From: Octopus bimaculoides
Taxonomy: Eukaryota
Direction: 5' to 3'
Assembly (NCBI RefSeq): GCF_001194135.2
Contig: NC_069003.1
Location: 16,741,531-16,805,530 of the forward strand
Length of the DNA stretch: 64,000 nucleotides
In this document: piece by piece, positions 26,891 through 40,204 of the stretch
Numbering within the stretch: the first letter of the stretch is position 1
Layout of the letters: every line of letters begins with the position of its first letter
Made by a program: the position numbers and the translations under genes
The notes under the pieces: generated by a model
Databases searched by the model: none
Told to the model about the DNA's origin: nothing
What the model saw: only the letters and a program-made list of their open reading frames with translations

Positions 26891-26971
26891 CTGTTTCTAC
26901 TTTGTTGATCCAGTATGCTACAGTTCACATATCATCCAAAAATTGAACTCCAAAGCTTCATCAGAGAGTCA
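26891..26971 (+). other. Candidate isolated 81-nt coding exon (phase 2-2)
   Basis: Acceptor actcttatag|, donor |gtaagt; one open frame CFYFVDPVCYSSHIIQKLNSKASSES. No partner exon identified. Confidence 0.35.
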
Positions 26972-27056
26972 GTAAGTCCATAATAGTAAGGATACAAAGT
27001 AAAAAGTAAAGACCAAGGCTATATTCAGAAGTTGTGAGATCACATATTATTGCATT

Positions 27057-27461
27057 CATCATCATCATCATCGTCGTTTAACGTCCACTTTCCATGCTAG
27101 CATGGGTTGGACGATTTGACTGAGGACTGGTGAAACCAGATGGCTACACCAGGCTCCAATCTGATTTGGTAGAGTTTCTACGGCTGGATGCCCTTCCTAA
27201 CGCCAACCACTCAGAGAGTGTAGTGGGTGCTTTTACGTGTCACCCGCACGAAGGCCAGTCAGGCGGTACTGGCAATGGCCACACTCAAGATGTTGTATTT
27301 CATGTACCACCTGCACAAGAGCCAGTCTAGGGGCACTGGCAACGATCTCGCTCGAAACTCCTACAAAGGCCAGTCAGGCGGTACTGGCAGCGGCCACGCT
27401 CAAAATGGTGTATTTTATGTGTCACCCGCTCAAGAGCCAGTCCAGGGGCACTGGCAATGAT
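27057..27461 (-). mobile_element. RTE 3'-end element with internal duplication (unit about 120 bp), runs into gap
   Basis: (cat)n cgtttaacgtcc start; aaggccagtcaggcggtactggc present twice. Confidence 0.75.
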
Positions 27462-28802
27462 NNNNNNNNNNNNNNNNNNNNNNNNNNNNNNNNNNNNNNN
27501 NNNNNNNNNNNNNNNNNNNNNNNNNNNNNNNNNNNNNNNNNNNNNNNNNNNNNNNNNNNNNNNNNNNNNNNNNNNNNNNNNNNNNNNNNNNNNNNNNNNN
27601 NNNNNNNNNNNNNNNNNNNNNNNNNNNNNNNNNNNNNNNNNNNNNNNNNNNNNNNNNNNNNNNNNNNNNNNNNNNNNNNNNNNNNNNNNNNNNNNNNNNN
27701 NNNNNNNNNNNNNNNNNNNNNNNNNNNNNNNNNNNNNNNNNNNNNNNNNNNNNNNNNNNNNNNNNNNNNNNNNNNNNNNNNNNNNNNNNNNNNNNNNNNN
27801 NNNNNNNNNNNNNNNNNNNNNNNNNNNNNNNNNNNNNNNNNNNNNNNNNNNNNNNNNNNNNNNNNNNNNNNNNNNNNNNNNNNNNNNNNNNNNNNNNNNN
27901 NNNNNNNNNNNNNNNNNNNNNNNNNNNNNNNNNNNNNNNNNNNNNNNNNNNNNNNNNNNNNNNNNNNNNNNNNNNNNNNNNNNNNNNNNNNNNNNNNNNN
28001 NNNNNNNNNNNNNNNNNNNNNNNNNNNNNNNNNNNNNNNNNNNNNNNNNNNNNNNNNNNNNNNNNNNNNNNNNNNNNNNNNNNNNNNNNNNNNNNNNNNN
28101 NNNNNNNNNNNNNNNNNNNNNNNNNNNNNNNNNNNNNNNNNNNNNNNNNNNNNNNNNNNNNNNNNNNNNNNNNNNNNNNNNNNNNNNNNNNNNNNNNNNN
28201 NNNNNNNNNNNNNNNNNNNNNNNNNNNNNNNNNNNNNNNNNNNNNNNNNNNNNNNNNNNNNNNNNNNNNNNNNNNNNNNNNNNNNNNNNNNNNNNNNNNN
28301 NNNNNNNNNNNNNNNNNNNNNNNNNNNNNNNNNNNNNNNNNNNNNNNNNNNNNNNNNNNNNNNNNNNNNNNNNNNNNNNNNNNNNNNNNNNNNNNNNNNN
28401 NNNNNNNNNNNNNNNNNNNNNNNNNNNNNNNNNNNNNNNNNCCATGTAGATATTTTTTAAAAGACTTCAGGGAGACTACCTTCATGAAATGTCGTGGTCT
28501 AATCGGTTTATGGCTGGCCATATGTGTGTGTGTGTGTTTGTGTTTTGGGGAAGGAATTATTTTTATGTTAAAAATATTTTTATTGAATTGAATGGTAGAT
28601 TACTTTTCTATTGAAAATATAGTTGGCTGTATGTATACGTTCTGTTAAATGAATTTTAACAATTTTATTGAAGGGGTTTGTGTGGAATTACTTTTCATTT
28701 ACTTTGTGGTGTGAGTAAATGAAAAATAATTCCTTTAAAACCTCTTCAATAAAATTGTTGACCACCTTTAAAATTTATTTAACATAAATGTATTCAGATA
28801 AA

Positions 28803-29048
28803 AGGAGGTGCATGGCTTAGTGGTTAGGGTGTTGGACTCATGATCGTAAGTTTGTGGTTTTGATGCCTGGACTGGTTGATGCATTGTGTTCTTGAACAAA
28901 ACACTTCGTTTCATATTGCTCCAGTCCACTCAGCTGGCAAAAATGAATAATCCTGTGATGGATCGATGTCCTGTCCAGGTGGAGAATATATACGCCACTG
29001 AAACTAGGAAATTGGCCCTTATGATCCTGGCATGACTTGAGAAGGAAA
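28803..29048 (+). mobile_element. tRNA-derived SINE (separate family)
   Basis: ggtgcatggcttagtggttagggtgttggactc...ggttttgatgcctgg tRNA-like head followed by a non-tRNA body. Confidence 0.75.
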
Positions 29049-29107
29049 CATTCATTTTTTATTTATACAGATAAAAGAGTGATATATTAGACACACATAT
29101 TTATATA

Positions 29108-29665
29108 TTAGAAGCAACTCAAGGTACATAAACAAAATCACACAAGGTATGTATGTTGTTCGTGGGTCAGCTGCAGTTTTTAGGCATAAGAGAATATATT
29201 CTCTCTGTGCCTAGAATAAACAAAACACCTGAAAGTAAGTTACAATCAAGTGAGACATCTCACATCAGGTCCTTCTCAGAATGACAGACATTGATGTTTC
29301 CTCATTGCTTTGACTTATTAATGCTACATAAGAAAAAAGTTCCATTGCAAGCCATATCGCTGACTATGACTATATGTTAAACGGTTTAAAAACCATCTAT
29401 CTGCTGGCATGCAGATAGCAACGTTTCATGCTATGGAAAACATTCAAATATGAATTAGAAGCAGCTCAATGTAAATAAACAAAATTGAACACACATACAT
29501 AAGGTATGTGTGTTGTTATTTTGTGGGTTAGTTGCTTTTTTAGGTATATAAGAGAATATATTCTGCATGTGTCTGGTGTAAGCAAAAACACTTGAAAGTA
29601 AATCACAGTCAAACAAGACAACTCACATCAGGTCTTTTTTGGAATGACAACCGTTGATACTTCGT
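29108..29665. repeat. Diverged direct repeat, about 200 bp units, period about 347 bp
   Basis: ttagaagca(a/g)ctcaa...ataagagaatatattc...ctcacatcaggtc...gaatgaca at 29108 and 29455. Confidence 0.8.
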
Positions 29666-30042
29666 AATCAGATGGTGTTTAAACCATTTAGCATATAGTC
29701 ATAGTTGGTGATATGGCTGGCAGCAGGCCTTATTCACTATGCAGCATTTGTTTGACTGTGATTTAGCTTGTAAAATTCTGTAATTCCTATTAGTAAATTA
29801 AACATGTGTAATGATGAATAAATAATATCAATAAATTTTCTAACTTCTTGTTTTGTTATACAATAACTCTGCAAATAATATTTCCAGAAATACTCATCCA
29901 ATATGTAGTTTCTGTTGTTGCTGTATACCTATACAGCAACAACAGAAACTACATATTGAAGTGTAATAATGGAACCAGCAGATGTGCTTCAAGAGGAAAC
30001 AGCTGGGATTTTACCCCACATACCTACATAATACATACATAC

Positions 30043-30126
<84 letters not shown>

Positions 30127-30288
30127 GTCTTGAAGAAATTGGAGTTAACAAAACAGAAAATGAGAACAACAAACTGGATGTATTAATTTGTTGCTCAGGA
30201 AAATAGAAGTCTTGACGTTTTGAGCCTACACTATTCTACAGAAAGAAACAAAGAGAGAAAAACATGTCTGAATTAATTAATATATATG

Positions 30289-30322
<34 letters not shown>

Positions 30323-30649
30323 CATCCGTCTTCTATGCATGTATGGGTAGGGCAGTTGACAAGAGCTGGCCAGGTAGAAGACTACCCCAGGCTAGTGTGT
30401 CAGGCATTGCCAAGAAGGTGCAAATAGGGAGTGGGGATTGCAGTGACTGGCGAAAACCTGGGTATAAAGAAGTGGGGAAAAGCAGTGATACAGTGAGCAG
30501 GGCAGGGAAGAGGACTGGAAGACAATCGTAGTTTATAAAGAGAAAATGTGAGGAAGAGAAAGTTACAGTTTAGAAGAGGAGATGTAGTTCGTTTTTTTGG
30601 CGTAGGGTGTATGAAAAGTTTATTGTTACATGTGGATGGGGCACAATAC

Positions 30650-30905
30650 TTCTAGCACTCAGTTTTGCTCTAGAACCTCATCACCAAACATCTCAGTCCA
30701 TTGTTATTTCCTCTGTGAGCCCTAAGATCAGTCCTCACCACTTCATTCCATGCCTTCCTGAGTCCCCCTCTTCCACAGGTACCATCCACTCTCAGTGATA
30801 GGCACTTTTCTATACAGCTGTCTTTACTCACACACATCACATGTCCAAACCAACACATTCTCCTCTCCAGCATGCCACATTTAACCCCTCTTATGCCTAA
30901 CTGTT
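30650..30905 (-). mobile_element. RTE LINE C-terminal fragment
   Basis: LGIRGVKCGMLERRMCWFGHVMCV...GTCGRGGLRKAWNEVV. Confidence 0.8.
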
Positions 30906-31164
30906 GCATGTATGTATGTATGTGTAAAGAGATGTGCTGGCAGAATCATTAGCACATCAGACAAAATGCTAAGTGGCATTTCTTCTAACTCATTATGTTC
31001 TCAGTTCAAATTTTCCCAAGATCAGCTTTGCCTTTTCGTTCTTTCGGTGGTGGGGTGGGAATGATAAGATAAATGCCAGGTGATCAATGGGGCTGATATA
31101 ATTGAGTACTCCCCTTTCCTGCCAAAAATTTCAGGCTGTGTACCTGAATAACATGTATAAATGT

Positions 31165-31208
<44 letters not shown>

Positions 31209-31688
31209 GTGTGTGCGTGTGTTGTTCAGGCATCCACACTGAATTAACTGGTCACTGATAACAAGTTATTTGAAGTACTTCAGGATTGCCATGTCTCTGT
31301 ACATGCATACACACACATGCTTGAACACACACTGGTATATGAAAATGCACACACATACACAAATACACACACATACATACAGACATATACTCATATGCAC
31401 ACATATACCTGCATGCTCAGACACACACATGCGTGCACACATAATACACACACACACATCTACATATGTACATACACATACACACATACATATGCATGTA
31501 TTCTTTATATAAGTATGTATGCTTGACAGGTTCAGAGGGGTTTACTTTTAGTTCCTCTGTCCCCCTCTATTCCCCCACCTTCATTATGACCCACTTGACC
31601 CCTTGCTATCTTAAAAGAGAAAGGACACATTAGATGATATAGTCCTAATAATACTATTATATGTATTATATATGTATATATATTATCA

Positions 31689-31724
<36 letters not shown>

Positions 31725-32171
31725 NNNNNNNNNNNNNNNNNNNNNNNNNNNNNNNNNNNNNNNNNNNNNNNNNNNNNNNNNNNNNNNNNNNNNNNNNNNN
31801 NNNNNNNNNNNNNNNNNNNNNNNNNNNNNNNNNNNNNNNNNNNNNNNNNNNNNNNNNNNNNNNNNNNNNNNNNNNNNNNNNNNNNNNNNNNNNNNNNNNN
31901 NNNNNNNNNNNNNNNNNNNNNNNNNNNNNNNNNNNNNNNNNNNNNNNNNNNNNNNNNNNNNNNNNNNNNNNNNNNNNNNNNNNNNNNNNNNNNNNNNNNN
32001 NNNNNNNNNNNNNNNNNNNNNNNNNNNNNNNNNNNNNNNNNNNNNNNNNNNNNNNNNNNNNNNNNNNNNNNNNNNNNNNNNTGTGTCTGGATAGGAGGTA
32101 TGATGAGTATAACAGCTGGAATGTTTTTTCTCTTATAGAGCTACTGGACTAGGGCTGGCCAGAGGTCAAAC

Positions 32172-32360
32172 AACAACAACAACAGTCACAACAATCACTA
32201 TTCTCACCATTATCATCCTCATAATCAGTCTATTGATTATGACAGCAATAACAACAACAGCAGCAGCAGCACCACCACCACCACCACTACCACCACCAAT
32301 ACTACTGTCACAACCACTAACATCACCACTATAATTTTCATCACTACCACCATTGCTACC
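32172..32360. repeat. Compound CAA/CAG/CAC trinucleotide tract
   Basis: caacaacaacaac...cagcagcagcagcaccaccaccacc. Confidence 0.8.
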
Positions 32361-32661
32361 AAACTTATAAGAAGACTAAGACAAACCTATATTTTCATGA
32401 GTGATTCTACAAGATGCAGGTAATTTCCTATTAATTCTTTTTTTTTTTCTCAAAGGGTTTTCAACCCAATATTTGCATGCTATTATTTATAGCTTTATGT
32501 GCTCCAAGATCCATTGCTTCAAAAAAGAATTATTCCATGTCCTCTTGAAAGTTTATAAATTCTTTTGACATCAAATTTCTGATTATTTTTTCTTAATGAC
32601 TATGTTATAAGTGAAAATCCCAACAAGGATCCATTTAATGACATTCCTGTTATATAGAGGG

Positions 32662-32875
32662 ATTAGATTTAATTAAACACCAGTAAAATACTGGCACAGA
32701 TTCCATTAAGTTCCAGTTAAATACTGGATAGATTTAATTACATAGTAATTAAATATTGGTATAGATTTTATTAGATACCAGTTAAATACTTAGCAAAAAT
32801 TAATTAACTACTAGGTAAATACTGGTATAGATTTGATTAGATACCAGCTAATAACTAGGGTAGATTTAATTAGGT
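32662..32875. repeat. 32-33 bp minisatellite (about 6 units) with internal CCAGT/ACTGG hairpin
   Basis: Unit cores at about 32680, 32713, 32745, 32778, 32811 and 32844; consensus close to ccagttaaatactggtatagatttnattagata. Confidence 0.8.
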
Positions 32876-34675
32876 TGTTTCCAATATTATTAACACACGA
32901 ACTGGTTCAATTCCACTCCATTTTTATTAGTCAATTGCTTAAGTATTCAACTAACTAATCAATTATTTGTTTAATTTGGTTAAACAGTAAGTCATTTGTT
33001 TTGTTTTTGTTTGTCAAAACACTTTCATTGCTACTTGTAACCTTTTCAATGACTTTTGACTTAGTCTGTAATGGAGGTCGTGTTTATCTGCTTGAGATCT
33101 TGTTGTGTGAGTTTGTGTGTGTGTGTGCTAGTGTGCACATGTGCTTATGTATGTATGGTTGTATGTATATATTTAAGTATGTATGTATGCATGCATGTAG
33201 GTATGTAAGTATGTATGTATGCATGCATCTATATGGTATGTATTCTGTGTATTTTTGTGTCTGCGTGTGTGCATGCTTGTATATTTGTGTAGGAAGGATT
33301 ATTATTATTATTACCACTAGCTCGTTGTCGTCGTCATCATCTTGACTGTTTCTTTTATTTAAATATTTTTTCATTGGTTTCAGTCAGTGAACTGTGGCCA
33401 TGCTGGAGTACCACCTTCAAAAGATTTTATTCAATTATATATCAACTCCAATATTTAGTCTGATATCTGTTTCATTGATCTGGCCCTGTCTGCAGCACAT
33501 GCCACCATAACACCACATTACATTTGGCTGGAACCTCACACCAGCCACAAATTTAATCAGTAGCCTTCAACAGACTGTCTCATTTATAGAAACTTTCAGG
33601 TTTTCCTCTATGTTATACATCTCTATCTCCTCTTCCCTTCTACCATATGTGTTAGCTACAACTTCTTTGAATCTATAACCAGTCAAACACTCAACTCCTG
33701 TGTTTTTCTTCCTTATATTGTCATTTATCTCTGAGTTCTGCCTCCAAAGTTACCAATCACTAATCTATATTATGTCCTATATCCTTCATCAATGAAAATT
33801 TGGCATTTACAACCATCTCCCTATTCCATTTTCACCTGAGAATAAAGTCTAATTGACCTATGTGTTCATGTGATTGGTAGGTGATCACATCCTGGGTATG
33901 ACTTTAAACTGCTCTCAGTAGTATGGCCCTAGTTTGGGAGCTCCAGGCTTTTGAGAAGAGTGGAACCATCTCATAGATACTATTATTCTTAGGTCTACTC
34001 TAACCCAGAGTTGTAACACCTGTCAAGGTCACATCAATGGTTTAATTAGCATATCAGGGCTTGCCTACTATGCATGCAGAGATTTGATCTAGTGGACTCT
34101 GCAGAAGCAACTTTCATGGTTCAGTGGAGGGAAGGGCTGCTGTAGCAGCACATTAATGAAGTGCAGAGAGCAAGATGAGACAAAGTAAGACATTTTGGTC
34201 ATCCACTGCATCCATCTCTATCCCAGTCATCTTGACGTAGTCTTGCCACTGGACTGAAGATGGTAATGACAACAGTTTACAACTCTTCACTTTAAACAAA
34301 GTTACTACATAAGCCATCAGTCATTCTTATGATGACTAGATGATCCTCACCACTCCAACAGACAAACATAGGGGAGGTGATCAGGTAGCAGCTAGTTTCT
34401 TGAAGTTCATTTTGCAGATAGTATTACAGAATTTCAGGATCCTTGACATTCCTTCATTCTTTGTATCATGTCTATAGCCTCTCTGTACATCAGAGAAGCC
34501 ACACTAGTACTTACATTAAAATTGCATGCGATAGTAAGGAGGTTACTATCATTTGCTTTTGAGCTATTCTGCAAAACGGTCTCACAGAAGTAGTCCTTTT
34601 CTTCATTTGTTTAACTTGGTTGTAATGTTGCTGTTGTTTTGTTAAGCTACATACATACATTTGTACATACGTATC

Positions 34676-36128
34676 ACTAAAGAACATAACAATTGAATAA
34701 AGAAAATTTGGACCTCAGAACTCTCTGAAGTCAATAAACCAGTGACCTACAGTGTGTTTGCAGTGCCAGTACTCATACCACCATTTGGGCTGCTTGATTG
34801 ATATCTGAGCCATTGATCTGGAAATCTAGAAAATACTAACAAGCACACATAATTTCCACATAAAGAGTGACAGAGATTGCCTTTACCTAAAATGAAAACA
34901 AGGCAGCAGTGGCTTAACCTCGATCCAAAATGCCTTTGAGTATCATATCATATCCCTTCAGCAACATCTTTTAACCACCAAGTGCATCCCTTGATCAAGT
35001 TTGCATAAAAGAGGCTAATAACATCATAAGACTTGGAAGGCAGCTCTTTGAGCAGCTTTTCTTATCTGATAACCTTAAATAAATGCCCAAAGAAGTCACA
35101 CAACTCTACTGCAACATATCATCAGATGAAAGGATGAGCATATATGAGCAGAAGAACATGTTAGTAGAAAGCTCTGAGATGATAGTAACATTGATTATCA
35201 AAGCAGTCTATCATGGACCAATAACCAAATTACTGCCTCCCACTTTGAAGGGTATATGTTTGCAATCCAAGAACAGGAAATATCAACCAAATACCTGATG
35301 CACAAAAGAGACAGAGATGCAGGAAAAGCAGTAAAATGTGACAACCAGTGCTGACATTGTGGAGTTAACACTGAAGATATCACCCACATAAGCAGGTGTC
35401 TGAAAAAATGTCATCACAGTATTATCTACTGATGAGACATGATATTGTAGCTAGGACACAATATAAAGAAATCTGTCGGAAGGATAACCCCAAGGACAGA
35501 GAAATAAGAACCCACAGTATGGTAGAAGCCAAAGCCACTCATAATAAAAAGGTGTACTGGTGGAATGTCCCAGTGAAAATCTCAATAAAATGTAAGCACA
35601 ACAGACCTGATATAATGATTTGGAATGGAGAAGAGAAACTGTATCCAGTTGTCGAAATTAGCTGCTCAGTGGATGTTAATATAAAGTTGAAGATCAGTGA
35701 AAAGGAGAATACCTATGCTGAATTATTGAGAAATCTGCAGTTACTCTATCCAGATTACACGTTCAGGTTTATACCTATAATTATTGGGGCCCTGAGATAT
35801 GTAACACATTGCCTAAATACCAATATTGAGAAATTATGCTTTTCAAAGCCAGAAAGGAGAAAGCTGATTCAAAGACTACAGATCCAACCAACCTCTGAAA
35901 CTGCAAAAACCTGTAAAACTTTCCAGAAGTTTATCATGTCTAGAGATACAAGTATATGCATGAGAAGACACATAAAACAAAACATACAAATTTTCACACA
36001 TATATATATATATGCATACAAAAATACCCTGTTGTTGATGTTGAAATTCGAATGAAGGAGCCTTGGATCTAGGTTAGAAACCGGCTCTTTCTTGGATGGC
36101 AAGAAATCTTGAAATAAAACTGAATAAG
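34676..36128 (+). mobile_element. R4/Dong-like non-LTR retrotransposon (RLE type), 5'-truncated copy 1
   Basis: CCHC knuckle C*HCGVNTEDITHI..C, RHDIVAR, WWNVPV..KCKHNRPDIMIW, VEISC, EKENTYAELLRNL, FIPIIIGAL; 3' UTR ends aaataaaactgaataa. Confidence 0.85.
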
Positions 36129-36159
36129 GACATGCACACACACACACACACACACACAC

Positions 36160-37858
36160 TGTTTCTTTGTGGATCACTTAAAACTATATGCCAAGAAATT
36201 GCATGAGATGAAAAATAGCCTTTATCTGGTTAAACATTCTCTAAGAATAAATGTTGCTATGCGGTTGTGAAAAGAGGGAAAACTGTAAACCAAACTAGCA
36301 GCATTTCTATCAATGACTTAACTGTTTCCCCTATGTCTAATGAGGAATGTTACAGGCACCTAGGGATGGATGAAAGCATATCTTATGATGACACCTGTAA
36401 CAAGAAACTTGTCACTAAAGAATATGATGGTTGAATAAAGAAAATATGGGCCTCAGAATTTTCTGCATTCAATAAAACTGGCCTACAGTGTGTTTGCAGT
36501 GCCAGTACTCATACCAACATTCAGACTACTTGGTTGGCTGCTTGATGGGAATCTGAGCCATTGATGTAAAAACCCAGAAAATACTAACCAGCACACATAA
36601 TTTCCACATCAACAGTGGACTGTCTTTACCTAAAATGAAAATAAGGCAGCAGAGAGGCCTTTGATCCAGACTGCCTTTGAATGTCATATCATATCTCTTT
36701 GACATCTTTTAATCACCAAATGTTGAAGTGCATCCCTTGACCAAGTTTGCAAACATAAGGCTGATAACATCAGGAGACTTGAGGAGCATCCCTTATCTGA
36801 TAATCTTAAATATATGCCCAAAGAAGTCACGTACTCTACTGCAACATATCATCAGATGAAAGGATGAGCATATATCAGCAGAGGGTCATGATGGAGATGA
36901 TAGCAGGAATGTTGTGGGATGATAGTAACATTGATCATCAAAGCAGTCTATCATGCACCAACAACTGGGTTACTAACTCCCATTTTGTAGGGTATGAGTT
37001 TGCAATCCAGGAACAAGAAATATCAACCAAATACCTGATGCACAAAAAGAACAGTGATGCAGGAAAAGCAGTAAAATGTGACAACCAATGCAGATTTTGT
37101 GGAGTTAACACTGAAGATATCACCCACATCATAAGTAGTTGTCTGAAAAAATGTCATTACAGTATTATCTACCAATGAGGATTTTGTAGCTAAGACAATG
37201 TATAATGAGATCTGTCAAAAGGATAACTCTGAAGCCAAAGAAATAAGAACCCACAGTATGGTAGAAGCCATAGCTACTCAAAATAAAAAGGAGTACTGGT
37301 GGAATGTCCCAGTGAAAGTGTCAATAAAATGTAAACATAACAGACCAGGCATAGTGATGGAAAAGAAAAGCTCTATACATACAGTTGTGGAAATCAGCTG
37401 CTTGGCAGATGTTAACATAAATCTAAAAATCAGCAAAAATGAAAATACCTATGCTGAACTATTGAGAAATCTACAGTTACTCTACCCAGATTACAAATTC
37501 AGGTTTATACCTGTAATTATTGGGGCACTAGAATATGTAACACATTACCTAAGTACCAATCTTGAGAAATTAGGCTTCTCAAAAACAGAAAGGGGAAAGC
37601 TGATTCGAAGACTACAGATCCAAGCCATCACTGGAACTGTAAAACTCTGTAAAACTTTGTATGTCTAGACATGCAACTATATGCATGAGAATACATACAT
37701 AAAACAAAATATAAAAATCTGCACATACACTGACTCCAAATACTGCACATATACAAAAATACCCTGTTGATGTTGAAATTCCAATGGAGTCTTGGATCTA
37801 GGTTAGAAACCCACTCTTTCTCAATAGGCAAGAAATCTCGAAATAAAACTGAACAATG
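36160..37858 (+). mobile_element. R4/Dong-like non-LTR retrotransposon, 5'-truncated copy 2
   Basis: Degenerate RT motif FVDHLKLYAK, CYRHLG, CRFCGVNTEDITHIISSC, HNRPGI, VEISC; same 3' UTR as copy 1. Confidence 0.87.
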
Positions 37859-37977
37859 AGATACATAAATACATGCATACATATGCATCTGTATAAACAT
37901 ATATACATACCATACAAACATGCATACATACATACATACATACACACCTGCATGTATGTATGTGTCTCTCTCTCTTG

Positions 37978-38014
<37 letters not shown>

Positions 38015-39019
38015 CACATACATATACATCTTATATAAAATAGACCTGAGTGTGTGTGCATTTGCTTTTCATGTGAAAACAGCTGCACGAATTGCTTCCA
38101 TACTTGGGGTGCATGAATAATTTGACCTCGGATACATAATAGGGTCTTCAGTTTATTTTTTTATTAAAAATAAATAATATTGTTTTTATATATGATTCTT
38201 TAAAAAGTTTCTCAATATCAACTCCTGGTATTCACGTAGTAACAGCGAAATTTTCTATTTTCATTTGCAAAATCTCTTGCTCTCTATTTTAATGTTTTCA
38301 TTTCAAGTTTTAATTCACTCTTTACAAACAACTATGATAAATTACTGAAAGAAATATTTACTAAGTTCACGAATTTAAATATTTGGTACAAAATAGTTTT
38401 TAACGAGCTTTTATTTATAAGATTTTTTTCATTTCATGTTTATTTCATTCATTGTTTGCAATGTCCTCTCTTTCTCTTACGCTCTCACACACACACAAGT
38501 CAGTCACACATGCACACATATGCTTTTGTATGTATGTTTGTATACATTTATGTATGTATGTGTGTTAGTGTGTGTGTGTGTGTGAAAGAGAAAGAGAGAG
38601 TCAGTCAATGAGTTTGTTGTCATGTATACATATATATATAAATACATGTGCATACACCTTTGTGTGTGTGTGAAACAGAGAGAGTGATGTCTAAGTGGCA
38701 TGCAGTCTCTCTCTCTCTCACACACACACACATACACACAAAAAGATATATGCATATTTATGTATGTATACATGACAACATACTCCTTCACTCTCTCTTT
38801 CCCTCTCTCTCTCGCACACCCATTTCATCTGTTGTTTGATATTCTGTGTGTGTGTGTGTGTGTGTGTGTACCTGCATGGTATGTGTGGGGCATTCCACAA
38901 TCGCTATTTATTGCAATCACTCTCGTGAAGATATTCACGTAACTCCTTTTTTCATTTAATCCCCATTTTAACTTTTGAAAAAGTTTCCAAGAACAATGTT
39001 CTCACTTGTTACAAGAGTC

Positions 39020-40025
39020 AGGACAGATGTAGATAATCAGTGAAGCAAAGACGAACATAGGTAGCCAGAGTCAATGTTGAATCCTGCAACTCTGTTAACT
39101 CTATTAAGTATGTTTGCAAATATATAAATAAAAGTTTAGATGCTGCAACATACACTCTTATGCAGAATGGCAGTCAGCAGATAAACAAAAATGACAAAGT
39201 TGCACAGTATGACAGAGAAAGATACATCAGTACCAATGAGGCTTTTTGGCACATCCTCAATTTTCTCATTCATAAGAGGCAGCCAGCCATCATTCATTTG
39301 AGTCTTCATCTAGAGAATGGTCGCACGGTTATCTTTACAGAACAAACAATCTTGCAACAAGCACTTTCTTAAAACGAAACTACTCTTACTGCCCCTTTTA
39401 GTTGTGTGAAGTAGATGAAGATGCAGGAAAACTCCTTTATCCACAATTACACCAGGAGAAACAATAAAAGGCTCAAGAAGAAATGGGCTGACGTTCTTGC
39501 AAGAGTTTACAGTGACCCCACCAACCCAGCAGAATGCTACTACTTACAGCTCTTTTTGCATGAAGTACGTGGTCTCGAATCATTCCAAGATTCAAGGAAG
39601 GTAAATGGTCATGTATGTGAAACTCATAGAAAAGCATGCTATCAACAAGGTTTTTTTTTTAGAAAACAATGAGCTTGCATTGACTGAAGCATCAGTGTCA
39701 GATTCTCCAATGAAACTCCATGACATTTTTGCAATTATACTGAACATGTGTCAACTTGGCAGTTCCCTCAGCTTTGGATGAAACATCAAGAGGACATGGC
39801 TGAGGACAGGCAAACCCAGATATCAATATTCAGTTCTCTGATTGAAACTGAGGATCAAGTTTTGGCCATGGGAGGGGAAAATTTGCATGAGTCTGGCTCT
39901 GGAGTGCCAAAAACCATCAAATTAGTGATTTAACTTCAAAAACATAACAAGAGAGTCAAATTCTGACATCATAGACATGGTTGCATTTGTGAATGAACAT
40001 GAACCTAAACTTCTTCCAGAATAAC
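39020..40025 (+). mobile_element. Helitron remnant of an older, different family
   Basis: NVESCNSVNSIKYVCKYINK, RYISTNEAFW, LHLENG, ECYYLQLFLHEVRG, LWMKH.EDMAED, EHEPKLLPE. Confidence 0.9.
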
Positions 40026-40204
40026 GCTATGCATGTGATGAAATTTTTCGATTTTTATTATTATCATTTTTTTTTTGTATTATGAATTCAGAATTGATTT
40101 CCCAATTGAAGAATAAATTGAATTTACAATAACAAATTTCTATACAACATATTTTGTGTTGTTCTTCCAATATATAAGGAACAGTTTCATTCTCAGGCAA
40201 CACT

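Noticed and set aside
28803-28880. tRNA gene
   Set aside because: The tRNA-like head does not close a cloverleaf and runs into a SINE body.
32662-32875. CRISPR array
   Set aside because: No unique spacers, no cas genes, eukaryotic context.
34440-34570. Minus-strand exon-like stretch NSSKANDSNLLTIACNFN
   Set aside because: Adjacent to decayed LINE sequence and has no supporting partner; insufficient evidence.
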